Shown here piece after piece: positions 50,955 to 60,500 of a DNA stretch of 64,000 nt. The notes beneath the pieces were generated by a model. The model made no database searches. It was not told where the DNA came from and saw only the letters and a list, made by a program, of their open reading frames with translations. How positions within the stretch are numbered: the stretch's first letter is position 1; each line of letters begins with the position of its first letter. A program made the position numbers and the translations under genes. The stretch spans positions 211,717 to 275,716 of the forward strand of contig CAWDOD010000007.1 of assembly GCA_963803805.1 (NCBI GenBank). Direction: 5' to 3'. Origin of the DNA: an uncultured cyanobacterium. GTDB lineage: Bacteria > Cyanobacteriota > Cyanobacteriia > Cyanobacteriales > CAWCAG01.

Positions 50955-51710
50955 CTATATCAACTTTAAAAGTTCTACCCAACCTGATTCCATATTTCTT
51001 TTTGGACTTCTGCCTGCCCCAGGTTGATAAATCCAGCCCTGAAAATCAATCTTTAACTTCTGCAATTCATCGGCTACCGTTTTACCAATAATCCAAACCT
51101 TAGCTTCGGGAAAGCGAGACCATAAACCAGCACCATAATCTTCCCACCAAAAGCGATGTAATGTGGATTTTATTTGATTAGAAACTCGCTTACCTCCCGG
51201 TAGATACATCGCGTGAATAGAAGCATCTATCACCCAAACTCCCTTAGCTTGCATCTCTTGTAAAGTAGCAACCTTCCAGGCTAAGCGATCGCTTAAAGAA
51301 ACCCCTGTGCTTTTTCGAGGTTGCTTTCCCCTGAGTGTTAATTTACCAAACAAATCCCAAAACTGCCTTGTTCCTGCATTCCTCTGCACAGTCTGGGCGG
51401 ATAATAGCTCTGGTTCCCCATAGCCTAAACAATAAATTAAGCGAACAAACTCTTCGGGAGTATGTTGGGCAACAGCAGGCAAGCACTGTTTTTGTACCGT
51501 TAAACCAAAATCTTGAGCAGAAGTATAAATATGAGACTCTGCAATTAAGATTACCGAAATATTCTCCGGTCGCCAAGCCCAGCGATGTTTTTCCACCGCT
51601 AAAGCTACTTGAGGTAATTCTGGTTCAAACCCAGCTTCCTTAAGCAAATTAGCCCCTTTGTTTTGGCTGATTTTAATTTTCTGTTCTACCCAAACAGGAA
51701 TCTGGGACAT
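50955..51710 (-). CDS. Hypothetical protein, possibly uracil-DNA glycosylase superfamily fold
   Basis: RP..ISVILIAES, N.GT.QFW, GVWVIDAS, IIGK.V and QP.A occur in UDG-like order. Start chosen at MSQIP (track start 51776). Confidence 0.55.
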   Translation of the reverse strand: MSQIPVWVEQKIKISQNKGANLLKEAGFEPELPQVALAVEKHRWAWRPENISVILIAESHIYTSAQDFGLTVQKQCLPAVAQHTPEEFVRLIYCLGYGEPELLSAQTVQRNAGTRQFWDLFGKLTLRGKQPRKSTGVSLSDRLAWKVATLQEMQAKGVWVIDASIHAMYLPGGKRVSNQIKSTLHRFWWEDYGAGLWSRFPEAKVWIIGKTVADELQKLKIDFQGWIYQPGAGRSPKRNMESGWVELLKLI

Positions 51711-51872
51711 AATATCTTTTTTTGTGTTGGAGATATGGTGGTTGGAAAGGGGTAAGGGGAAACCATTATTTTCCAAATACTCTCTACCCCCTACCCCCTA
51801 CTTTTATCAAAAACCAAAAGTGTTGAGGTCAAAACTTATTACTTATTACTTTCAACCCAACACTGCTCCGTG

Positions 51873-53081
51873 TTATTGAGACTGACTTTCCAATTGCGCT
51901 GTAGCTATTTTCAAATTAATCACCTTTTCACCACGCTGGATTTTGAAAGGTAATTCTTTGTTTAAACCGCTATTTTCAACCACAGTTTGCAATTGCCCAG
52001 CTTCAGTTATACGCTGCCTGTTAACTTCTAAAATTACATCCCCAGCACGAATGCCTCCTTGAGCAGCAGGACTGCCAGGAATAACTCTCACTACTAAAAC
52101 ACCTTCAACCTCTGGGACAATGATGCGGGAGTTAGGATCTCGATTATTCTCCTTCGCTGTTTCGGGGGTAAGAGTCACCATCTGCACTCCTACATAGGGA
52201 TGAGGTACTTGCTTACCATCTGCTAAAACTTGGGAGAGAGACTTTGCTTTGTTGATAGGGATAGCAAAACCAATACCCATAGCATCAGGGCGAATAGCTG
52301 TGTTGATACCAATGACTTCTCCCTGTTCATTTAGTAATGGTCCACCAGAGTTGCCAGGGTTAATAGCTGCATCGGTTTGCAGGAAATCGATACGCTTATC
52401 AAGGATGCCCACTTCCGAAGAAGAACGGTTTAAAGTACTAATAATTCCCAAAGTTACGGTATTATCCAAACCAACGGGATTACCCACTGCGATCGCCCAA
52501 TCTCCTACCTTAACCTGATCAGAATCTCCTAAAGGGGCAACGGGCATATTCCCTTGGGGTTCAATTTTAACCACCGCCAAATCTGTAACACTATCAGTTC
52601 CTTTAACCACTCCTTCTAAACGCCTACCGTCTTTCAGGGTAACGGTTACTTTATCTGCTTGACTAACTACATGGGCATTAGTAAGAATCGTACCATTCTC
52701 ATCAAAAATAAACCCGGAACCTTGTCCCCTTAAAGTCCTTTCTTGGGGGGCTTGTTGTCCAAAGCGATCCCCAAAAAAGTCCCGGAAGAAGGGATCTTCT
52801 AACATTGGATCAAGACGTTGAGTTACAGTACGCTCTGTATCAATTCTAACTACTGCATCCCCTGTACGTTCTACGGCTGCTGAAACAAAGCTTCCCCCAG
52901 GGCGATTAGCAGCTTTTGGTGCTTGAGCAATTTCTTTAACTGTTTCTGTTTTGGTTGCTGTGGGAATCAAACTATTCTCAGTAGCGTTGGGTGCTGCTGC
53001 TGAAGATAGCACTCTAATTGTGCCGAAGGTTAACACCACACCAAGGAGAAGGGATAAAAAATGAGTTGTAAGTTTTCGCAT
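51873..53081 (-). CDS. hhoA: HtrA/Deg serine protease with one PDZ domain
   Basis: SFVSAAV...AVVRIDTE, TNAHV, DLAV, GNSGGPL and a PDZ domain. Confidence 0.92.
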   Translation of the reverse strand: MRKLTTHFLSLLLGVVLTFGTIRVLSSAAAPNATENSLIPTATKTETVKEIAQAPKAANRPGGSFVSAAVERTGDAVVRIDTERTVTQRLDPMLEDPFFRDFFGDRFGQQAPQERTLRGQGSGFIFDENGTILTNAHVVSQADKVTVTLKDGRRLEGVVKGTDSVTDLAVVKIEPQGNMPVAPLGDSDQVKVGDWAIAVGNPVGLDNTVTLGIISTLNRSSSEVGILDKRIDFLQTDAAINPGNSGGPLLNEQGEVIGINTAIRPDAMGIGFAIPINKAKSLSQVLADGKQVPHPYVGVQMVTLTPETAKENNRDPNSRIIVPEVEGVLVVRVIPGSPAAQGGIRAGDVILEVNRQRITEAGQLQTVVENSGLNKELPFKIQRGEKVINLKIATAQLESQSQ

Positions 53082-53204
53082 AGAGGTTATCGTTTAACTG
53101 AATCTGAGGCAATATCTTTACTTATATTTTGCCTTAGAAAAGTTGCTGTTAACCGACCTTTTTAAGTAGGGTAAACCGTAATCATTAAAGTGTCAGATAA
53201 CTTA

Positions 53205-54446
53205 TTACTTTTTATTTTGCCTGTCAAGCTGATGAGCTTCCTCTATAGCTGCTTTTTCTTTAGCTCTTTGGGCGAATGGTTGCAACTGTTCAATTTCCCT
53301 ACCGCTTAAAATACTCAAATTTTCTAAATCTATCCCTTTACTGAGCATTTCTACACACCATGTCTGTTGTGCTTGCTTTAAAGTTGGTGGTTGGGCTTGG
53401 GGTGTTAGTAAACCTGTGTTTAAAGTTTGCCATAAAGTTTCTAATTCTTTTTGGGAAATAGGCTGCTTTTCCTCGTTGAGAAACAAGGCTGATTGTTCAT
53501 CCTTACGGGTTTTTAGCCACTGAATAACTGGATCACTCTCAGCAAAGCCATAACGTTTGCCCATAATCCACTGGTTGAGAGGCACTTGTCTAATTGCACC
53601 TTGATTAATCTGTAAGATACGTTGTCCAGATTCTTTAATAAAGTGCCATCTCTCTAAATTGATCACTTCCTGGGGTGATAAACCTGCGCCAAACAAGACA
53701 TAAACTAAAGCATACTCTTGTCGTCCTTGTTTCTTAGCTTGTCGAAAAATGGCACGAACTAAATTAGCTGGTAAATCTTGTATTTGCTTTTGATTAACTG
53801 AAGATGACGGAGTTTCTGAAAAAATCTCTGTTTCAGTAGAACTAATAATAGCACCATGTAAAAATAGCTCTACCAAACTAGCTAAAAAATCCTCTCTTTC
53901 TAACCAAAGTCCATCTCCTTCAGTTTCAATAGTTGAGTTGATAGTAAAGTAACCGAGGATCAGCCCATTGAGTAAACTGCTTAAGGTTTCGGCTGGGAAA
54001 CGGACTTCTAATCCTTCTTGGGCGATCGCCCTAGCTAAATGCTTTGCTATATGTTGATTAGCTTCTATTAATCTTTGCCCTAAAGCCAAACGATTTTCTG
54101 GAGGATACTGCCCCGCTTCTCCTAGGACAGAGCGTACTAATTCAGGAACTTTTTCTAAAGCATCTAAACTATTCTGGGTGTAATCTTGCAAAACTTGAGC
54201 AATACTAGGTTGAGAATCACCTTTTTCCCCTAAAGTTTGCTCTAAATGGGCAAATAGTCTCAAATTTTCCGTTACAGCCAGTAATAAGCCGTGCTTACTA
54301 CCGAAATGCCTAAATAAAGTGACTTCATTCACCTGAGCGCGATCAGCTACAGCTTTAGTAGTAGTATCAGTAACTCCTCTTTCCGTAAATAACTCTAGTG
54401 CAGCCTCAATTAAACGGGTTTTGGTCGATTTTTTTCCAGCAGCCAT
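53205..54446 (-). CDS. TetR-family regulator fused to a degenerate tyrosine-recombinase-like domain
   Basis: HTH TTTKAVADRAQVNEVTLFRHFGSK. C-domain ALVYVLFGAGLSPQEVINL...RQVPL...ALFLN...LKQAQQTWCVEMLSKGIDLENLSILSG. Start taken at ATG 54446. Confidence 0.85.
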   Translation of the reverse strand: MAAGKKSTKTRLIEAALELFTERGVTDTTTKAVADRAQVNEVTLFRHFGSKHGLLLAVTENLRLFAHLEQTLGEKGDSQPSIAQVLQDYTQNSLDALEKVPELVRSVLGEAGQYPPENRLALGQRLIEANQHIAKHLARAIAQEGLEVRFPAETLSSLLNGLILGYFTINSTIETEGDGLWLEREDFLASLVELFLHGAIISSTETEIFSETPSSSVNQKQIQDLPANLVRAIFRQAKKQGRQEYALVYVLFGAGLSPQEVINLERWHFIKESGQRILQINQGAIRQVPLNQWIMGKRYGFAESDPVIQWLKTRKDEQSALFLNEEKQPISQKELETLWQTLNTGLLTPQAQPPTLKQAQQTWCVEMLSKGIDLENLSILSGREIEQLQPFAQRAKEKAAIEEAHQLDRQNKK

Positions 54447-54456
54447 AAATAAAAAA

Positions 54457-54519
54457 TGCAAGTAATACTTGCACTATCTCACAATACTTGCTACATTGAA
54501 TATGTAAGCACCACTTGCA
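54457..54519. promoter_or_regulatory. Putative operators of the TetR fusion
   Basis: Perfect palindrome TGCAAGTA-A-TACTTGCA (54457-54473), half site TACTTGC (54485-54491) and a degenerate copy TGTAAGCACCACTTGCA (54503-54519). Confidence 0.72.
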
Positions 54520-54628
54520 TTTTCTCTTCTAAATTATAACTAACCTTTCACTAAACAGATAGTTGTGGTGGAGTGAGATGCAAACAACTAGAAAAATTCA
54601 ATCCTGGTATTTTTAAAGGACAAAATTA

Positions 54629-55459
54629 ATGACACAAGCAGTAATCTCCCTGGAGAGTAAGCAAAAGCTAACTCTCTGCTGGACAAGTGTGGCCTTTTTC
54701 AGCACATTCCACCTCCTAGCTTTATTAGCACCTTGGTTTTTTTCTTGGTCAGCATTAGGTGTAATGATTTTTTGCCATTGGCTATTTGGTAGCATTGGCA
54801 TTTGTTTAGGATACCATCGCCTTTTAACTCATCGTAGTTTGCAAGTACCTCAATGGTTAGAATATGTCCTGGTAACTATCGGTGCGTTGGCCCTACAAGG
54901 AGGCCCTATTTTTTGGGTAGCGGGACACCGTTTGCATCATGCCCATACAGAAGATGTAGAAAAAGATCCTTATTCTGCTAAAAAAGGATTTTGGTGGAGT
55001 CATATGCTGTGGTTGATTTATCCACAAAAGCAGTTTTTTGACTACGAATCTTATCAGAAGTATGCCCCTGATTTAACTCGCCACGCTTATTATCGTTGGT
55101 TAAACAAAAAATCTAGTTTTATCGGGCTGCAAGTTGCCTTTAGTGTGCTGCTATACGCTTTAGGCGGTTGGTCTTTCGTAATTTATGGTACATTCCTCAG
55201 AGCAGTATTACTCTGGCATAGCACTTGGTTAATCAACTCTGCTAGTCATATCCGAGGCTATCGCACTTTTCCTGCTAATGACAATGCCCGTAACCTCTGG
55301 TGGGCAGCTATTCTCACTTACGGAGAAGGCTGGCACAATAATCATCATGCCCATCCTCGTGTTGCTAAAGCTGGATATAAGTGGTGGGAGATTGATCCAA
55401 CTTGGTGGGCAATTCAGGTATTGCAAAGATTCGGTTTAGCCAAAAAAGTATTCTTGTAA
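54629..55459 (+). CDS. desC: Delta-9 acyl-lipid desaturase (DesC family)
   Basis: His boxes HRLLTH, HRLHH and HNNHH, plus GEGW and WWEID. Confidence 0.9.
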   Translation: MTQAVISLESKQKLTLCWTSVAFFSTFHLLALLAPWFFSWSALGVMIFCHWLFGSIGICLGYHRLLTHRSLQVPQWLEYVLVTIGALALQGGPIFWVAGHRLHHAHTEDVEKDPYSAKKGFWWSHMLWLIYPQKQFFDYESYQKYAPDLTRHAYYRWLNKKSSFIGLQVAFSVLLYALGGWSFVIYGTFLRAVLLWHSTWLINSASHIRGYRTFPANDNARNLWWAAILTYGEGWHNNHHAHPRVAKAGYKWWEIDPTWWAIQVLQRFGLAKKVFL

Positions 55460-55666
55460 CTGCACTCTTCTTTTCCTGCCCACCAATATTATTGTTCTCC
55501 CAATAACTGTAAATATCTTCTCTACGTAGATTGCGGTTGAGTGCGCGAAACCCAACAATTCAGGTTGAGGAGCTAGAGGAACAATGGGGCAAGGAGATGG
55601 GGGGATAGAGGGATCTTCCTCCCACGCCTCCCAGCTATTGAGTAGAAGCTAAATTAAGAGAACTTT

Positions 55667-56539
55667 TCAATCGCTTTTCTCTGATAACAACTGAGCTATT
55701 TTATTAACATCTTCTTCTGGTATCTCATGCAAATCCATCAGCTTGTAAAGTTCTTTCCCAATAGGCTCTAACTCTAAAGTATCAGGCTTAATATACTCCA
55801 AGCTTCCTATGTTCTTGCCTAAAATTAATTGCTCTTCAAAACTAAGTATTCTTTTTATACGCAAATTGTTAATTTCACTTAATAGATAAATTTCTTCTGA
55901 ACTCATCTTCGGAGGGTGAATTTTCTTATTCTCGTCCCTCAAATATTCACCACTTCCATCTTTAGGAATATAGTCATCCTTTCTGAGCTGAAAATATTCC
56001 TTATTTTGAACCAAATTTAATAAGCACATCTGACGGTAAGAAATCTCTTGACCCAATCTAAGGATATGGTTTGCTTGTTCTTTGCTAATTTCTTTAGCAA
56101 AAGCAATATTGGCGAATAACCTTCCGTAAAACCTGAGCTTTTTCTCTTCATGCTCTTGTTGCGAGGCGATTATAACTCCTTCAAAAATTTCCTCTGCTGC
56201 TGCCCTTTCTGTTATCTGTGCTTGGAAAAAACTATCCTGACGAAGCGGTATACCTTGCTCTAAGTTTTGCTTTATCTTTTCCAATGCAAATACAACAAAC
56301 CCTCCAATCTTTACTTTTTCCTTATGACTTAATTGGCGACTTCCAAAATCTTTGAGAATGCTTGTAATTATAGGAATTAAAGCACCACCCGAAAAAGCAC
56401 CAGCAACACCGCCAACTACAAAGCCTATAACCGAACCAACAGAGCTTCCAACTATTTCTGGAGATAGCTCAATCCAGTATTTTATCTCTTGCCACTCAGA
56501 AATATTCCCTTTATTCTGCTGCTGTTTTTGGAGTGCCAT
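55667..56539 (-). CDS. Hypothetical protein with a glycine-zipper N-terminus (DUF4393/Abi-alpha-like architecture)
   Basis: GSSVGSVIGFVVGGVAGAFSGG, EHEEKKLRFYGRLFAN, C-terminal wHTH-like L..IG..L. Start taken at MALQK. Confidence 0.55.
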   Translation of the reverse strand: MALQKQQQNKGNISEWQEIKYWIELSPEIVGSSVGSVIGFVVGGVAGAFSGGALIPIITSILKDFGSRQLSHKEKVKIGGFVVFALEKIKQNLEQGIPLRQDSFFQAQITERAAAEEIFEGVIIASQQEHEEKKLRFYGRLFANIAFAKEISKEQANHILRLGQEISYRQMCLLNLVQNKEYFQLRKDDYIPKDGSGEYLRDENKKIHPPKMSSEEIYLLSEINNLRIKRILSFEEQLILGKNIGSLEYIKPDTLELEPIGKELYKLMDLHEIPEEDVNKIAQLLSEKSD

Positions 56540-56666
56540 GTTTACTATTTTTTGAGTCAATAAATTTCTTTTTAATACTACACAAATACACGAATTACTT
56601 TTGTGTAAGAAAATCCACAACTAATACTGACAAATGTTTCTTTCAAAAAGCCTTAAACTAAACATC

Positions 56667-56828
56667 TCAACCTAAAGCAAACTCAGTCAACTGACGCATC
56701 TTGTGAGTGTTGAAACCAATTACAAGATCTTGCTTCGGCACTCCCATCTCCACCAACTCCTCAGCAATATCAACCTCAGTTGTATTTTGCTCAATCCAAA
56801 TCTTCCCATCCTTATCCCATCCTTAATA
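56667..56828 (-). pseudogene. xisI: xisI 3' fragment
   Basis: IKDG/KIWIEQNTTEVDIAEELVEMGVPKQDLVIGF...EFALG*, with an 11-bp duplication at 56804-56825. Confidence 0.8.
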
Positions 56829-56992
56829 CTTAGGTGCATCATTATGAATTTTCCGTAACTCCTGAGCAATGGGAGATTCTTAAAGTTCCTGCTTCGTAAC
56901 TAAAATCAGCAAATTTGCATAAATTTTTTAACTTAGCTGCGAAATCTTGGTAGTTAACAAAAGCCAAGATACCCTCATTCATCGCACAACTT

Positions 56993-57512
56993 ATGAATAA
57001 ACTAACTTTGCCATCAATTGCTGGAATTTCTCTTCTGATCAGCAGTTTGATAGCCGTGCCAGTACAAGCTTCAATAATCACGGAAGAAAATACAGAAACC
57101 AGGGAAACTATCAGTCTTTCTGAGGAAATGAATGCTGGAAATAGTAATCAATATGTACTTAACACTAATAGTCATGTGAATACGGGTGTATCTGTAAATA
57201 CTGGAGATGTGATTAAAATCCAAGCCAGTGGAATAATACGCTTTGGATTCTTCACTGGCTCAGGAGGTCCTAGGGGTATTATTTTTAACCCAGAGTACAA
57301 CTATTTTATCGATGTGCCACATGGCCAGCTAATGGTAAGAGTAAGGCAGTTTGGGATGCAGGATCTCTGATGGATGGTTCCCTGTTGGGGAAGGGGCAGA
57401 ATTAGTGGTCAAAGGGCCAGGAGTTTTGGAGTTTTTAGTTAATGACAATCAACCAGGGGATAATACTGGCAGTTTTAAAATTGAATTGACTATTGATTCT
57501 GTACAAAATTGA
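56993..57512 (+). CDS. Secreted LecA/PA-IL-like lectin domain protein, +1 frameshift near 57368
   Basis: Signal peptide and NTGVSV..GDVIKIQASG. After removing one base the frame continues DGWFPVGEG...GVLEFLVND..PGDNTGSFKIELTIDSVQN*. Confidence 0.7.
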
Positions 57513-57594
57513 GCTATATCTCAAACTCTTGTGGAAGTTTAGGATAGAAAGTTTTAGCATCCTTAAAGTTGATTATTTATTATCTATTGCGAAA

Positions 57595-60500
57595 CTATTT
57601 CCTTTTCAAACTCCAAACCCCATCCCAATTTTTAGGTACACCTTCTTTTTTAAGTTCCTCTACTCGCTCCAAATAAAGCTGAGAGACACTATCATCAGGG
57701 TTACTAGCTAAAACTTGCTTAAAGTAGCCTTCTGCTTCCGCTACTGCCCCTAAACGATAGCACTCCAAACCTTTTTCAAAATCTGCTTGAGTTGCTAACT
57801 TCGCTGCAATATCCTCTTGGTTATTACCATCCAATACTTCAAAAATGGCGATGGGATTTTTCTTACCTTTGAGAATTACTTTGTCGAGGAAACGTATTTG
57901 ATATTGCTGAGGATTACTCAACCTTTCTTTAGTTGTTTCGCTAATTACTAAAGATACCCCGTAAAACTTAGTCAAACTTTCTAAACGAGCTGTCAAATTG
58001 ACATTATCAGAAAAAGCGTCCCCTTGCATACGAGCAGTCTCTCCTACCATACCTACCATCATATGACCAACGTGTATGCCAACTCCCACCTTAATTGGAG
58101 CCTGATTGTTTTCTTGACGCTGACGATTATATGTTTCCACCTGTTGCAGCTTAGCAATTCCTGCGGCTAAAGCATCATCAGCCCCACTAGGAAAAACTGC
58201 CATCATCCCATCCCCTAAATATTTAACAATGAAACCGCCATTGTCGCGAATTTTGGGACTCACTTCCTTAAGATAATGATTCACAAAATCAAAGTTTTCT
58301 TGGGGAGTCATATTTTCAGAAATGGCAGTAAAAGAGCGAATATCAGAAAACATCACCGCCATCTCTTTGCTAACATGATCCCCTAAATTAACTTGAGTAA
58401 TACTTTGCTTTTGTAAAAACTCTAAATATTCAGCAGGTACAAAACGACTATAGGAATCAGTTAGTTCCACTTGACGGCTATAAGAACGAGCATTTTCTAT
58501 AGAAATAGCGGCTTGGGAAGAAAGTAAATTGAGAAGTTCTGAGCGCTCTGGGGTAAAAGCTTCTGCAATTAAACTATTTTCTAAGTAAACAATACCTACT
58601 AATGTTCCTTGATTAAGTAAGGGGGTACAAAGAATTGATTTAGGTTTGTGGCTTAAAATATAAGGATCTTGGGTAAAAGCTCCTACCCTAACGGCATCTC
58701 CTATCACCAGGTTTTTTCGAGTATGATTTACATAATTAATGATAGTTTTGGGTAAGCGAGATTGTTGTTGAGCATCTTCTAAGGGCAATTGTTCAATAGT
58801 AACTTTTTCCTCACCAATAGTTCCCATAGCTTCAATTACCCAAGCATCAGATTTATTTAATAAAAGAAAGCCCTTATCTGCTCCGGCATTCTCAATCACA
58901 ATTTTCATCATTCGACTCAGCAATTTATCTAAGACAATTTCGCTGCCTAATGCTTGAGAAGCTTTGAGAACGCTAGTTAAATCTATTACCTTGGAAGGGT
59001 CAGTTGTAGCAATTGTAGACTTATTTTTAAGATTAACAGACACTATAGGAGTTGAAGAAAACAACTGAGGATATTTTTGTTCTAAATCTTTGACTTTAGC
59101 TGTAGCTTGCCAATGCTGATAACCGTAATGAGCTTTAGTCATATAAAGTTGCCCTACTTCTGTCATACTACGACTTAAGTAGAATTCTGCTGCTAACTCG
59201 TAAGCTAAAGCTTCATCTTGAATATAACCAGATTGCCTAGCATTTTTGATGGCACTTTCATAAAGTTCTGCTGCTTGCCAATGTTGCTCTAGAACTCGTG
59301 CTTTTTCTGCTTCTACTAATTCATATTTATGTAAAAAGTTCATCGGAGCATGGTTAGCCCAAATTTCCATTTTTTGTTGATTAGCAACGACTTTTCTTAA
59401 ATACTGCTCGTTCCTATTTTTATCTTTATCATGACAATTAGCTAGCAAAGCTAGGGAATAATAAAAATTGTGCTGAGCCACGTTAAGTAAACCTACTACA
59501 GAAGGCTCGTAATTACCTCCTAAAGAAGCGTGGGTTACGGCGGCTGAATAGTCTTTAAATAAGTAGCTTAAAATAGTTTTTGCTAAATAAACTTGAAATA
59601 CCAAGTTTAAATTATTAGTTTGGAGTAACGTTGGTAACATAGTTACTTCATCAAAAATTTCTCCAACCAATTGCTGGTAATTTTGGGAATTACCTCTTAA
59701 ACTTTCTACTAGCTGACTCCAGATTTTGACGTAGGCTAAAGAATATTCCTGCTTATTTTTTTGAATTAAATCGATATATTGTTGATGTTGTTGACTGATA
59801 TAATCTAAAGGTTGCCCTAATAACAAAAGATTGGAACAATATTCCACAGCACCATAACAAGCAAATTCAATATCCCCAGTTTCTAAACCTACTTGAATGG
59901 TTTCTCGTAAAGGTTCTATAGCAGAAGCAGCAGATTCTTTCCAGTGAAAAATAAAAGAATTAAATAAATAGTCTACTTTACATTTGATTTCCTTAGTAGC
60001 AAACTTTTCTAATACTTGTAAAGCTAAATGACCAAATTGATAACCTGTCTCTATATCCGAGAGCATGGTACAAAGCAAAGAACCATAAAAAGCATAAGCT
60101 ACAGGTGCTAAAGGGGAGTTACCATAATTGATGCATAAATCAATCATCGTAAACAAAATTTGCGGTAACATCGTCGGATTAGCAATATAAGCAGGAACCG
60201 CAATAGTCATTAAGATTCGCATAGCTGCCAATTTGTCTCGATCTTCCATCGTGGGCAAGCTAGCTAACTTTTCAATATCTAAGTTTTGAGGAGGGGAGTG
60301 GTAAAGAGAAACCCCTAACATCTGTAAGACTTGTAAACCAATATGAATAGCAGTTTGCTGTTGATTTTGAGCAATATAAAAGAGAATTTGATTCTCATAT
60401 ACCTTAACTTTCTCTAATACAGTATTAGCATTACTTAAAACAATATCAGTAAGAAACTTAGCTTGGTCGAAGTTGGTATTTAAGTATTCAGCTTCTATGG

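Noticed and set aside
53205-53800. Active integrase marking a prophage or excision element
   Set aside because: The catalytic R, H-x-x-R, H and Y positions are all substituted, and there are no att-like repeats or phage genes.
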